A stretch of 64,000 bases of DNA, from positions 70,449 through 134,448 of the forward strand of contig JAYUQP010000040.1 in NCBI GenBank assembly GCA_043757265.1, written 5' to 3'. The notes under the pieces are model-generated. The model saw only the letters and a program-made list of their open reading frames with translations. It made no database searches and was not told the origin of the DNA. A program made the position numbers and the translations under genes. Position 1 is the first letter of the stretch. Each line of letters begins with the position of its first letter. Source of the DNA: Bdellovibrionales bacterium. Its GTDB lineage: Bacteria; Bdellovibrionota; Bdellovibrionia; Bdellovibrionales; JAGQZY01. This document shows, in pieces, positions 55,732 to 64,000 of this stretch.

Positions 55732-55893
55732 ATGAGCAAAACAGATTTTCGTTCGAGCTTCAAAAAAGTTTGTAATTCCTTTTTTTTTCCGCTTCGAGAG
55801 GTAATTCAGAGTCCTTTCCAATATAAAAGTACCCGCAAAATCTGCATCAAATGGGATTTGAATGAAAAAATTATCTATGAAAAGGTTCAATGA
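55732..55893 (+). CDS. Speculative 53-aa basic small ORF overlapping the GT2 start (ATGA)
   Basis: Hand translation gives MSKTDFRSSFKKVCNSFFFPLREVIQSPFQYKSTRKICIKWDLNEKIIYEKVQ. No clear RBS. Contains a T9 tract. Confidence 0.12.
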   Translation: MSKTDFRSSFKKVCNSFFFPLREVIQSPFQYKSTRKICIKWDLNEKIIYEKVQ

Positions 55894-56774
55894 TGTACTC
55901 AGATGTCACCATCATTATTCCGGCTTTTAACGAAGAAACAAATATCCAAAAGACGCTGATTGCGTTGAAAGAAAACTGTTCTGAAGCAGAAATTATTGTT
56001 ATCGATGATGGATCCGAGGACGGCACCGCTCAGGCCGCGCAACAAATCACAGGCATAAGATTAATTCGTCATATGCACAACAAAGGCTACGGGGCCTCGT
56101 TAAAAACAGGGATGCGAAGATCGACACGTGAAATTATTGTTTGGTTCGATGCTGACGGGCAGCATCGAGTTGAGGATATGCATGCTATTGTCGAGCCGAT
56201 CCGCATACAGGGAATTGATGCCACCTTTGGATGTCGCACCAAAGAGTCGGCTTTTGTTGTTCGACGGGTTCCAGGAAAATGGTTACTCAAGATCGTTTCC
56301 CAAATAATAGCACGACAAAAAATTCCAGATCTCAATTGCGGCTTCAGAGCCTTTCGCCGCGAGACGGTCTTGCGTTATTTGCATCTTCTGCCGGATGGTT
56401 TTTCCGCATCTGCCACAACTACCTTACTCATGATCAAACGAAATTATGTTATCATATTTGTGCCTGTTATGGCACCGAAAAGGGTTGGGAGCTCATCGGT
56501 TCGCATGTTTCGCGATGGCTTTCGAACACTTTCTATCATGCTTCGTATTATGCTGCTATTTGATGCTTTCTTGTTCTTCACCTTTTTCGCACTCATCCAA
56601 ATTCTGCCCGCGCTTTTTTATTCTGTGCACATTGCCATGAAATTTCGTTTGGGCGTACCTGTGCTTGGGTCATTGGTAATGATTTCGGGGACCCTCACAT
56701 TTTTTATGGGTATTCTATCCTCGCAAATTAGTCAGATGCGCCAGGAAAGATTCGAATCCAAGGTAAACTCTTAA
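55890..56774 (+). CDS. Polyprenyl-phosphate glycosyltransferase (GT2, ArnC/GtrB/DPM1-like)
   Basis: Contains VTIIIPAFNEE...IIVIDDGSEDGT and WFDADGQH, with two C-terminal TM helices. Confidence 0.85.
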   Translation: MMYSDVTIIIPAFNEETNIQKTLIALKENCSEAEIIVIDDGSEDGTAQAAQQITGIRLIRHMHNKGYGASLKTGMRRSTREIIVWFDADGQHRVEDMHAIVEPIRIQGIDATFGCRTKESAFVVRRVPGKWLLKIVSQIIARQKIPDLNCGFRAFRRETVLRYLHLLPDGFSASATTTLLMIKRNYVIIFVPVMAPKRVGSSSVRMFRDGFRTLSIMLRIMLLFDAFLFFTFFALIQILPALFYSVHIAMKFRLGVPVLGSLVMISGTLTFFMGILSSQISQMRQERFESKVNS

Positions 56775-56777
56775 CCA

Positions 56778-58673
56778 ATGTGTGGTGTAGCAGGATTGGT
56801 TGATTTTAACGGACTCGTGCAACAAGAAGCCAAGCTAATTGTTAAAAAAATGACCGCTCGGTTGTCACATCGGGGTCCCGATGACGAGGGGGCCGTATGC
56901 ACACACTTTGCAGCTCTTGGCCACCGACGTCTATCTATCTTGGACCTTTCTACTAGCGGCCAACAGCCCATGTGGGATGCCCAGAGAAAACACGCCATCA
57001 GCTACAATGGAGAGATTTATAATTACGAATCCATCAAAAGTGCTCTTCAGGAAAAAGGTTATTTATTTAAAACCAAGACGGACACAGAGGTTGTACTCAA
57101 TGCATTTATTGAGTGGGGCCCCGCGTGTGTGGAAAAGTTTAATGGTATATTTGCATTTGCAATCTGGTCTGAGGAAGAAAAAAAGCTTTTTCTAGTACGC
57201 GATCCAGTGGGTGTGAAACCGCTTTTTTTTTCGCACAAAGGATCACGGATTATCTTCGCCTCAGAAATAAAGGCGCTACTAGCCGATCCAAAAATCTCGC
57301 GCGAGCAGGATGAAGAAGCGCTAGATAGTTATTTTACATTTAATTATTCGGTGGCCCCAAAAACTGGATTCAAAGAGATTGAACAAATAATGCCTGGCCA
57401 AGGGTTGCTGTTTAAAAATAGCAAACTAGAAAAATTTTGTTATTCGTTTAAGCCCGAAGAAAAAATTGATTTTATGAATTGGCAGGACTCAAACCAGGTC
57501 GTAGAGCTGTTTCGCGAAAAATTTCAATCGACTCTAAAAAGACAGCTGGTTGCTGATGTACCCGTGGGCACTTTTTTGTCGGGAGGTATTGATTCGTCAG
57601 CCATTTGTACTTTTCTTGCAGCGCAAGGAATAAGTCCACAATGTTTTCATATGGGTTTTAACGAGGAGAGTTTTGATGAAAGTTCCTTTGCAATAAGCCT
57701 TGCTCAACATCTAAAACTTGCATTGACTCAATTTAAGGCCGAAATCAATCAAGATGATTTGATAAACATCTCTAAACATCTTGAGGAACCAACGGCAGAT
57801 GCTTCTGCTTTAGCTATGTATCAACTTTGCAAGCAGACCTCAAAACATGTGAAAGTCGTGCTTTCTGGTGACGGTGCTGACGAAGTCTTGGCAGGGTACA
57901 GCACGTACCCAGCTACCCAGTTAGCAAAGTTTTTCAAAAATCCAATTTCCAAATTTTTGCTGCAAGCCGCCAGGCATTTATTACCAAAAAAGGGTGGCGG
58001 AAAACGTTACAGCACTGCGGATTTTTTCGATCGCTTTTCGCGTTTCGCAAGCCAGCCTTTCCCTTATGATCATGCAGGATGGCGGACCATATTTTACAAA
58101 GCACAAAAAGAGTTACTCTACAAAGAGAGCTTTGCAAAATTTTTACAAAATCATGACCCATATCAAGCTTTTGCAGCCGCCGCTTTTGGCGCGCAAACCT
58201 CGCTGGCTGCTAGTCTTCAGATGGATACAAAGTTTTACCTGCCAAACGATATGCTTGTTAAGGTGGATCGAATGAGCATGGCGCATGGGTTAGAGGTGCG
58301 AGTGCCTTTTCTAGACTTAGAATTCATGAACTTTTGTCATCAAATACCTTCAGATTTAAAGCTACGAAATTTGATTAATAAAAAATATATATTGAAAGCG
58401 GCTTTGCAGGGACGAGTTCCTAGAAAAACTCTTTCTAAACCAAAAACTGGTTTTAACTTTCCGCTAGCAAATAACTTGAAATTCAAATGGAGTGAATTGT
58501 TTCAAGATTTGATGCAAGACTCGCACATAAAAAACACATCGTTACTCGACATACAGCAGGTTCAAAAATTTTATGGCGATTTCAAGAAGAGCGACACGAA
58601 CACGCACTATCAGCTTTTTGGAATTCTTATGTACTTCCTATGGCTACGAAACGCCAAAACATGGTCTTGCTAA
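56778..58673 (+). CDS. asnB: Asparagine synthase (glutamine-hydrolysing)-family amidotransferase
   Basis: MCGVAG N-terminal nucleophile and the SGGIDSS PP-loop. 631 aa. Confidence 0.9.
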   Translation: MCGVAGLVDFNGLVQQEAKLIVKKMTARLSHRGPDDEGAVCTHFAALGHRRLSILDLSTSGQQPMWDAQRKHAISYNGEIYNYESIKSALQEKGYLFKTKTDTEVVLNAFIEWGPACVEKFNGIFAFAIWSEEEKKLFLVRDPVGVKPLFFSHKGSRIIFASEIKALLADPKISREQDEEALDSYFTFNYSVAPKTGFKEIEQIMPGQGLLFKNSKLEKFCYSFKPEEKIDFMNWQDSNQVVELFREKFQSTLKRQLVADVPVGTFLSGGIDSSAICTFLAAQGISPQCFHMGFNEESFDESSFAISLAQHLKLALTQFKAEINQDDLINISKHLEEPTADASALAMYQLCKQTSKHVKVVLSGDGADEVLAGYSTYPATQLAKFFKNPISKFLLQAARHLLPKKGGGKRYSTADFFDRFSRFASQPFPYDHAGWRTIFYKAQKELLYKESFAKFLQNHDPYQAFAAAAFGAQTSLAASLQMDTKFYLPNDMLVKVDRMSMAHGLEVRVPFLDLEFMNFCHQIPSDLKLRNLINKKYILKAALQGRVPRKTLSKPKTGFNFPLANNLKFKWSELFQDLMQDSHIKNTSLLDIQQVQKFYGDFKKSDTNTHYQLFGILMYFLWLRNAKTWSC

Positions 58674-58681
58674 CGCTCTTA

Positions 58682-60067
58682 TTAAAGGCCTTGGCAAGTG
58701 CGATCGATTTTCAAATGCAAAAGCTCTTCCTCTTTTGGTGAAAGCGTTCCAGCTTCTAATGATTGCATTAGATTTTCTGATGGAATAGCTACGTTGCTGG
58801 TGCAAATTTCTTGTTGGGCCCGCAACTTATAGCTTGGGATTAAACTCTGTATCTGTTTTGTAAATACTAACCAGCTCCCTGCATTTACACAGATCACCAC
58901 ACAACCCAAGAGCACATAGCAAATCTTCAAATAGCGTAAGGCAAAAAAACGGCGGAGGAGGTGCATGGCAAATAAAAAGAATGATAAATAAAATGTAACT
59001 ACGACAGTGCCGTCGAAGCGGTCAGCGATGATGAGAAGCGTCGTTACCTCTTCATGAGCAGATTTGAGAGAAAGATTATAGGTCCTGAGGATAGACATAG
59101 ATCCAAGTAGTACCAGTACACTTATAAAGTAAAATCGGAGACTACGATCGGATGAGAGAAGCTTCTTTAAGAAAAATCCGACCACTACCCATACCAAAGT
59201 AAGCAAAGCCGTCTTGTTCTGCATTATGGCAGGAATTATTGAACCCAAATCCACTCCAAAATCGGTGGCCTGATAATTTGATTTTGCAAAAATCAAGAAA
59301 AATAAATTGGTGAAAAAGCAGACAATTCCGAATGCGTATAATTTTTTTGGCGTTTTTTGAGTTACAAAGTGTAAAAACAAAATTAACAAAATAGACATAT
59401 TAGCTAAGGTACCTTGTCCCGTGTGGATTGAAATATTTAGTAGCATGACGGCAGCCAAAGCTGTGAAATGAGAATTCAAAATCAATGGGGGGGCCAGACA
59501 AAATATCATTGCGAGCTGACTGCGCGGAAAGGGGCCCAGAAAATATGTAAGTTCCTCCACATGCGGAAAACCGTAATTGTTCAAATTGGTGAGGGCATGA
59601 TTGAAGAAAGGGTGGAGAAAAACCAAGGGAGTAAGAGATGCTAAGTACAGCCATCTAGATTCCGCGTCGAAAAAAAAATAAATACTCAAAAAAAACAAAA
59701 TGATAATGATCAACGTCGAAAGTCCATAGGCCCAATAAATGGAAAGGCTCATACTGCGACAATCATTTTTGTGCGAAAAAATACCACGGACTAAATTCAT
59801 GATTGTGTTTGATAGCGGATAATTGTTAGCCGAAAAAACACGTTCGCTAGTTCGCCATTCACAACTTTTATTTCCACCACACTGATCTTTTACAAGCTCC
59901 GCTCGTGAAGTGACCTCGCGATAATTACTTTGGTTAAAGAAGCACTGTGAAAAAGCCAGCATAATAGTTTTGTCGTCTAAGCCAGTGCGATAAATGGCAA
60001 AAGCCGACACTAAAAGTGTCCATGCGATAAAAAAAGTACAAACCGCAACTGAAATGCTATGTTTCAC
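58682..60067 (-). CDS. Polytopic membrane protein, possible GT-C-type glycosyltransferase
   Basis: 461 aa with about 10 TM segments. An acidic GLDDK follows TM1, then a Cys-containing first loop. No firm family match by eye. Confidence 0.4.
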   Translation of the reverse strand: MKHSISVAVCTFFIAWTLLVSAFAIYRTGLDDKTIMLAFSQCFFNQSNYREVTSRAELVKDQCGGNKSCEWRTSERVFSANNYPLSNTIMNLVRGIFSHKNDCRSMSLSIYWAYGLSTLIIIILFFLSIYFFFDAESRWLYLASLTPLVFLHPFFNHALTNLNNYGFPHVEELTYFLGPFPRSQLAMIFCLAPPLILNSHFTALAAVMLLNISIHTGQGTLANMSILLILFLHFVTQKTPKKLYAFGIVCFFTNLFFLIFAKSNYQATDFGVDLGSIIPAIMQNKTALLTLVWVVVGFFLKKLLSSDRSLRFYFISVLVLLGSMSILRTYNLSLKSAHEEVTTLLIIADRFDGTVVVTFYLSFFLFAMHLLRRFFALRYLKICYVLLGCVVICVNAGSWLVFTKQIQSLIPSYKLRAQQEICTSNVAIPSENLMQSLEAGTLSPKEEELLHLKIDRTCQGL

Positions 60068-60096
60068 GTCACATCCTCATTAATTACGTTCAAAAA

Positions 60097-60114
60097 ATAC
60101 TTTATATACTTTAT
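60097..60114. repeat. Tandem 9-mer (atactttat, 2 copies) in an AT-rich divergent promoter region
   Basis: Read directly from the sequence. Lies 30 nt upstream of the start of the 58682..60067 gene. Confidence 0.5.
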
Positions 60115-60458
60115 ATTTAAGAAGTATGGACATGCGAAGCGTCATTTGCAAAAGTAATTTACAAAATACTTCGAAATATTTTTACCGTGTGCGATTAGGT
60201 TTTATAAAAACACGTTGATGCTTTTGATGAAAATTAAGAGAAACGCAGATTCAATTTTTTCTTACTCAGCAGTTTTAGTAAGGTAAACATAAGTGTTGGT
60301 CTAAAAGAAACAAATCAGCCAATCTTCGCGACAAAATTGTCGTTGCGATTCGACCAGATTGAGATGCTAGTCTTTTTAGAAAGAGTTCAAAATCCTTTAG
60401 ATCAGCAACAAATAGTTGGCTATGCTCGAACTGTGTGGCATTCTTTTCTAATTAATTT

Positions 60459-61229
60459 ATGGCAAAAGAACCAATAAATCCCGAAGAAGTTCAAAATTCC
60501 CATTTTTCGAAAATTGCAGTGCAGTATGCCGCCCACTACGATGACGTCCATTCATCTGAGTTTAGGCGTATTTTTCTTTACCCGAAGCTGTTCGGTGACT
60601 TAGACATAGCTAACAAAAAGGTGCTTGATGCGATGTGCGGTAGCGGCCAAATAACGAGCTTCCTTCTGGGGAGGAATTGCGAAGTACACGCGTTAGACAT
60701 GGAAAAAAAGTTCACGGATTCACTAAAAAAAAGATTTGATTTAGCCTCGATAACTACCTGTTCGATTTTGAAGACTCCTTACTCTGATGAGAGTTTCGAC
60801 ATAATTACAATTATTGGCGGTTTGCACCATCTTCATCCGAAACTTGAAGAAGGACTCCAAGAGGTTACCAGAATTTTGAAGCCAGGAGGTTATCTGCTTG
60901 CGGTTGAACCACCAAGTGGCACGATCGTCGATCTATTAAGGAAATTTTGGTATCGATTTGATAAACATTTCGCGGAGAACGAGGCGTCGGTTGATCTTTC
61001 TTTTTTAAGAAGCAAACTCGCAAGTTCATTTCTTCGGACCGAATTTCAATTTGGTGGCGGCCCCGCCTACTATTTAATTTTTAACTCACTGGTAACTAGG
61101 ATTCCACTTTGGCTAAAGGGATGGCTTGCTCGGCCATTATTTTTTTTAGACAAATATCTTGAGCCCATATTACCGAAGGCGTTTGCAGGGTACGTCGTCA
61201 TAAAAGCACAGAAAAAGATGAGCTCTTAG
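60459..61229 (+). CDS. Class I SAM methyltransferase
   Basis: Contains VLDAMCGSGQI, IIGGLHHL and LKPGGYLL. Confidence 0.8.
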   Translation: MAKEPINPEEVQNSHFSKIAVQYAAHYDDVHSSEFRRIFLYPKLFGDLDIANKKVLDAMCGSGQITSFLLGRNCEVHALDMEKKFTDSLKKRFDLASITTCSILKTPYSDESFDIITIIGGLHHLHPKLEEGLQEVTRILKPGGYLLAVEPPSGTIVDLLRKFWYRFDKHFAENEASVDLSFLRSKLASSFLRTEFQFGGGPAYYLIFNSLVTRIPLWLKGWLARPLFFLDKYLEPILPKAFAGYVVIKAQKKMSS

Positions 61230-61291
61230 GGCTGCTTGTGTGCACGCTTGTTGTCGTTGATTTGGGCCCCTTTAATTAAGGCCTTCACACG

Positions 61292-63157
61292 TCATCGATA
61301 TCGCTTAAGCGGGGTTTGCGTGAATAACAACGAGCCGATGTATTTGGCTCCATACTTCGTCATGTGTTCATTGTCTTCAGATATCAGTTCACCTTGAGGC
61401 GTAAAAACCATACATATGTTTCCATTTGTTCCGCAAATGAGATCATGCATAGAAATGTAAGTAGCGTAATGCACTGAATTTTTTAAATGTTTTTCAATCT
61501 CCAAAAAATCAGAAAAGTATTTTCCCGCAAGTGGTCTGCCAAAATGTTTCAAGGGATAATTCAAATCGGTAATCTTGACTGTTCCAAATATCTTTTTTCC
61601 GATGATGTAGATTTTAGAAGTGGTTTTTTTTGGTATGTTTTTTAGCGTGTTATCCAGTCTTTGGATGGCCCATTTGTGCCAATAACTAGACATAATAATC
61701 ACGTCGGCTTCTTCAGCTAATTGCAAAAGTTTGCTGTTATAATCTTGCGAGCACAGGGCCCGGTCTACTGGAGCAATATAATTAAAGATGTCGTCCGCGC
61801 CATAGTAAATTTGGCAACGAGCAGGTATCATATGTGTTATCACTTCAAAATTCTTAAAAGCATTATTCTCAAAAATCATATTTACCATATCCTCAGCAAA
61901 GCTATCACCGATGACGGCAAGCTTAGGCTGTGACGAATTTGAAAACTCTTTCTTTGTTCGCAGTTCGTCAAATTTCGCACGTCTGTACTGCGAGGTTCGG
62001 TAGGGGTTCGGAATGTTGTGAGAAAGACGGGAGGAAAACCTTTCGTAATGTCCTTCGTGCGAAGCCAAGTAAAATCCTAAACCACCTAATGTAAGCGTGG
62101 TTGTTCCAAATAGAAAAAAAACCATTTGCGTCGATATGATGTTTCGATCACGAAATGGACGTTCAATTAATTTCCAACTAAAATAAGCTAAAACGAAAGT
62201 TAAAAGTGTAAAAAATCCGAAGGTGGCCAATGAAGGGCTGTCGATGGTAAGCTTGAGAAAGGCAAACATAGGTTGATGCCAAAGATAGGCACTATAACTC
62301 AATAAACCCAGAGCTACTAAAACCTTGCTTGATAATAGTCTACCTACCAAACTGTCTGCCTTTGCAAATAAGATAATTAATGCGGCACCCATCACGGGTA
62401 GCAATGTCTGCAAGCTGGGAGTGGGAGTTTCTTTTTTGAAAAATAATATAGCTGTAGCAATCAAAACCAAACCCGTTATTTCTGCGATTCGCTCGAAAAA
62501 AATACTAAATTTGCGCCTTTTCGGAGAGCTAAAATATATTCCAATAAATGAACCAGTTAACAGTTCCCAAACGCGTCCAGGAATAAGATAGAAGTTGCCT
62601 TCCAACTCGTATCTCCATCCGTATTCAGCGACTGCTAGGCTCGAAAAAAACAACACAGCGAGCGTGATCATTGTTAAACGGCGAGATTGTCTAACTAAAA
62701 AGGAAAGAAGCAATGGAAAAATAATATAGAATTGCTCTTCAACACTTAGACTCCAAGTGTGGAGGAGTGGCTTTTCTTCAGCAACTGCCAGGAAGTATCC
62801 AGATTCTTGCCAGAACAGGACATTGGATGAAAAAGTAAGAACAGATAAGATACTTTGGCCAAAATCAACAAGCTGATAAGGAAACATGTAAAACCATGCA
62901 AACGGAACAGTGGTGAGCACAACCGTCATCAGTGCTGGATATATTCTTCGAATGCGTCGGATGTAAAATTGAGAAAGAGAAAACGTTCCTTTTTCCGTGT
63001 CGGCAAGAATATTTGAGGTGATCAAAAAACCGCTGATAACGAAAAATATGTCAACGCCAACAAATCCACCACCGAAAAAAGGTAGTCCTGCATGAAAAAA
63101 GATGACCGGAAGGACGGCGATGGCGCGGAGTCCGTCGATTTCTTTACGGTATTGCAA
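61292..63157 (-). CDS. Acyltransferase-3 with C-terminal SGNH domain (OafA/YrhL-like O-acetyltransferase)
   Basis: Contains IDGLRAIAVLPVIFFHAG, about 10 TM segments, then AVIGDSFAED (SGNH block I). Confidence 0.88.
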   Translation of the reverse strand: MQYRKEIDGLRAIAVLPVIFFHAGLPFFGGGFVGVDIFFVISGFLITSNILADTEKGTFSLSQFYIRRIRRIYPALMTVVLTTVPFAWFYMFPYQLVDFGQSILSVLTFSSNVLFWQESGYFLAVAEEKPLLHTWSLSVEEQFYIIFPLLLSFLVRQSRRLTMITLAVLFFSSLAVAEYGWRYELEGNFYLIPGRVWELLTGSFIGIYFSSPKRRKFSIFFERIAEITGLVLIATAILFFKKETPTPSLQTLLPVMGAALIILFAKADSLVGRLLSSKVLVALGLLSYSAYLWHQPMFAFLKLTIDSPSLATFGFFTLLTFVLAYFSWKLIERPFRDRNIISTQMVFFLFGTTTLTLGGLGFYLASHEGHYERFSSRLSHNIPNPYRTSQYRRAKFDELRTKKEFSNSSQPKLAVIGDSFAEDMVNMIFENNAFKNFEVITHMIPARCQIYYGADDIFNYIAPVDRALCSQDYNSKLLQLAEEADVIIMSSYWHKWAIQRLDNTLKNIPKKTTSKIYIIGKKIFGTVKITDLNYPLKHFGRPLAGKYFSDFLEIEKHLKNSVHYATYISMHDLICGTNGNICMVFTPQGELISEDNEHMTKYGAKYIGSLLFTQTPLKRYR

Positions 63158-64000
63158 GAAACCACTTCACTGTTTTTTGGAGGCCTTCATCGATTTTAAA
63201 TTGCGCTGAGTAATTAAGATGACGAATGGCGCGTTCGATATTCGCTAATGAATGGCGAATATCGCCGTCGCGAAAATCTCTATAAATAGGACTTTCCTGC
63301 TTTACAGGCTCGTTCTTACTAATCTCAGCTTTCAGCTTGTAAAATAATTCGGTGAGCGTGGTTTTGTCACCACAAGCGATATTGTAAATATCTGGCGATT
63401 TTTCGTTTTGTTCGTGCTGCTCAATCAGCATGTTCGCAGCGACAACATTTTTAACGTAACAAAAGTCCCTTGATGTTTCACCGTCGCCAAAAATTTCTAC
63501 TGGCATTCCATTTCGAAGCGCGTGGGTCCATTTCGGAATCACGGCCGAGTAGGCACTGTCGGCCCGTTGCCGCTCGCCAAAAACGTTAAAATACCGAACA
63601 CCGGTGATTTGCATGGACGAGTGCCGTCGCATCAGTTTTGCGTAGAGCTCATTGTGTTTTTTCGAAATTGCGTAAGGTGAAAGACAGGATCCAACCGTAT
63701 CTTCCATTTTTGGGAGGTGAAGATCATCCCCATAAACCGAGCTCGATGAAGCATAGATTAATTTTCGAACTTTATTTTCGATAGATGAATGCACTACGTT
63801 TAGAAAGCCCGTTGCATTAGAATTGTGAAAGTCTAAAGGGCTTTTGAAAGATCGTGGCACGGAACCCAGAGCAGCCTGGTGGAATACCACATCTATGTCC
63901 TTTGTAAATTTTGAGCACGCTTGCAAATCCCGAGTGTCCGCTTCGACAAATTCAAAATTTCCTTTGGCTTGAGCTAAATTTTTTAAATACTGGATGTTCG
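63144..64000 (-). CDS. NAD-dependent sugar epimerase/dehydratase (WbpP/TviC-like), 5' end beyond the window
   Basis: The frame stays open to nt 64000 (..NFEFVEADTRDLQAC..). Contains ASSSSVYGD and YAISK. The track TTG start at 63926 is internal. Confidence 0.85.
   Translation of the reverse strand, partial: NIQYLKNLAQAKGNFEFVEADTRDLQACSKFTKDIDVVFHQAALGSVPRSFKSPLDFHNSNATGFLNVVHSSIENKVRKLIYASSSSVYGDDLHLPKMEDTVGSCLSPYAISKKHNELYAKLMRRHSSMQITGVRYFNVFGERQRADSAYSAVIPKWTHALRNGMPVEIFGDGETSRDFCYVKNVVAANMLIEQHEQNEKSPDIYNIACGDKTTLTELFYKLKAEISKNEPVKQESPIYRDFRDGDIRHSLANIERAIRHLNYSAQFKIDEGLQKTVKWFLAIP

Noticed and set aside
1-64000. CRISPR arrays, tRNA/rRNA genes, IS elements, integrases and prophage genes
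   Set aside because: No regularly spaced direct repeats, no cloverleaf-like or rRNA-like segments in the intergenic regions read, and no transposase or integrase motifs in any track ORF.

Overview
The window has three parts.

(1) 1-10.4 kb is a conserved ribosomal-protein block on the + strand. It holds the end of the S10 operon plus the spc and alpha operons: rplV-rpsC-rplP-rpmC-rpsQ-rplN-rplE-rpsN-rpsH-rplF-rplR-rpsE-rpmD-rplO-secY-adk-rpmJ-rpsM-rpsK-rpoA-rplQ. rpmJ (GTG start, 37 aa) is not in the ORF track. rplX, rpsD, infA and map are missing from their usual slots.

(2) 10.4-15.7 kb holds a membrane-anchored TlpA-like thioredoxin, two orphan secreted proteins (one built of Cys-bracketed repeats), a REP-like inverted repeat, and an uncharacterised two-gene envelope pair (AsmA-like 630-aa protein plus a DUF2062-like membrane protein).

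(3) 15.7-64 kb, running off the window edge, is a very large, densely packed cell-surface glycan (LPS/O-antigen-type) locus. It contains:
- rmlABCD, manC and kdsA
- a WecA-family initiating transferase and a DegT aminotransferase
- about 15 glycosyltransferase-like genes
- 7 SAM methyltransferases
- 3 O-acyltransferases (two AT3, one MBOAT)
- Wzm/Wzt and MsbA-like ABC exporters
- a WaaL/Wzy-like protein, an AsnB-type amidotransferase, a 2OG-Fe(II) oxygenase, and a metF translationally coupled to the initiating transferase

I saw no rRNA, tRNA, CRISPR array, transposase, integrase or phage genes. Lineage is a guess only: a Gram-negative of moderate AT content, possibly Bdellovibrio-like.

No single classic novel system is evident. 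The best candidates for poorly described biology are:
- the AsmA-like/DUF2062 pair
- the 2OG-oxygenase/MBOAT/DltD-like cassette
- the DUF115/Zn-ribbon methyltransferase/GT8-like operon near kdsA
- the ArnC-like/AsnB/GT-C-like module
- an AAA+/PD-(D/E)xK ATPase-nuclease gene embedded in the glycan locus
- an intrinsic terminator sitting inside the first codons of the TlpA-like gene

All family assignments come from motifs read by eye, not from searches.
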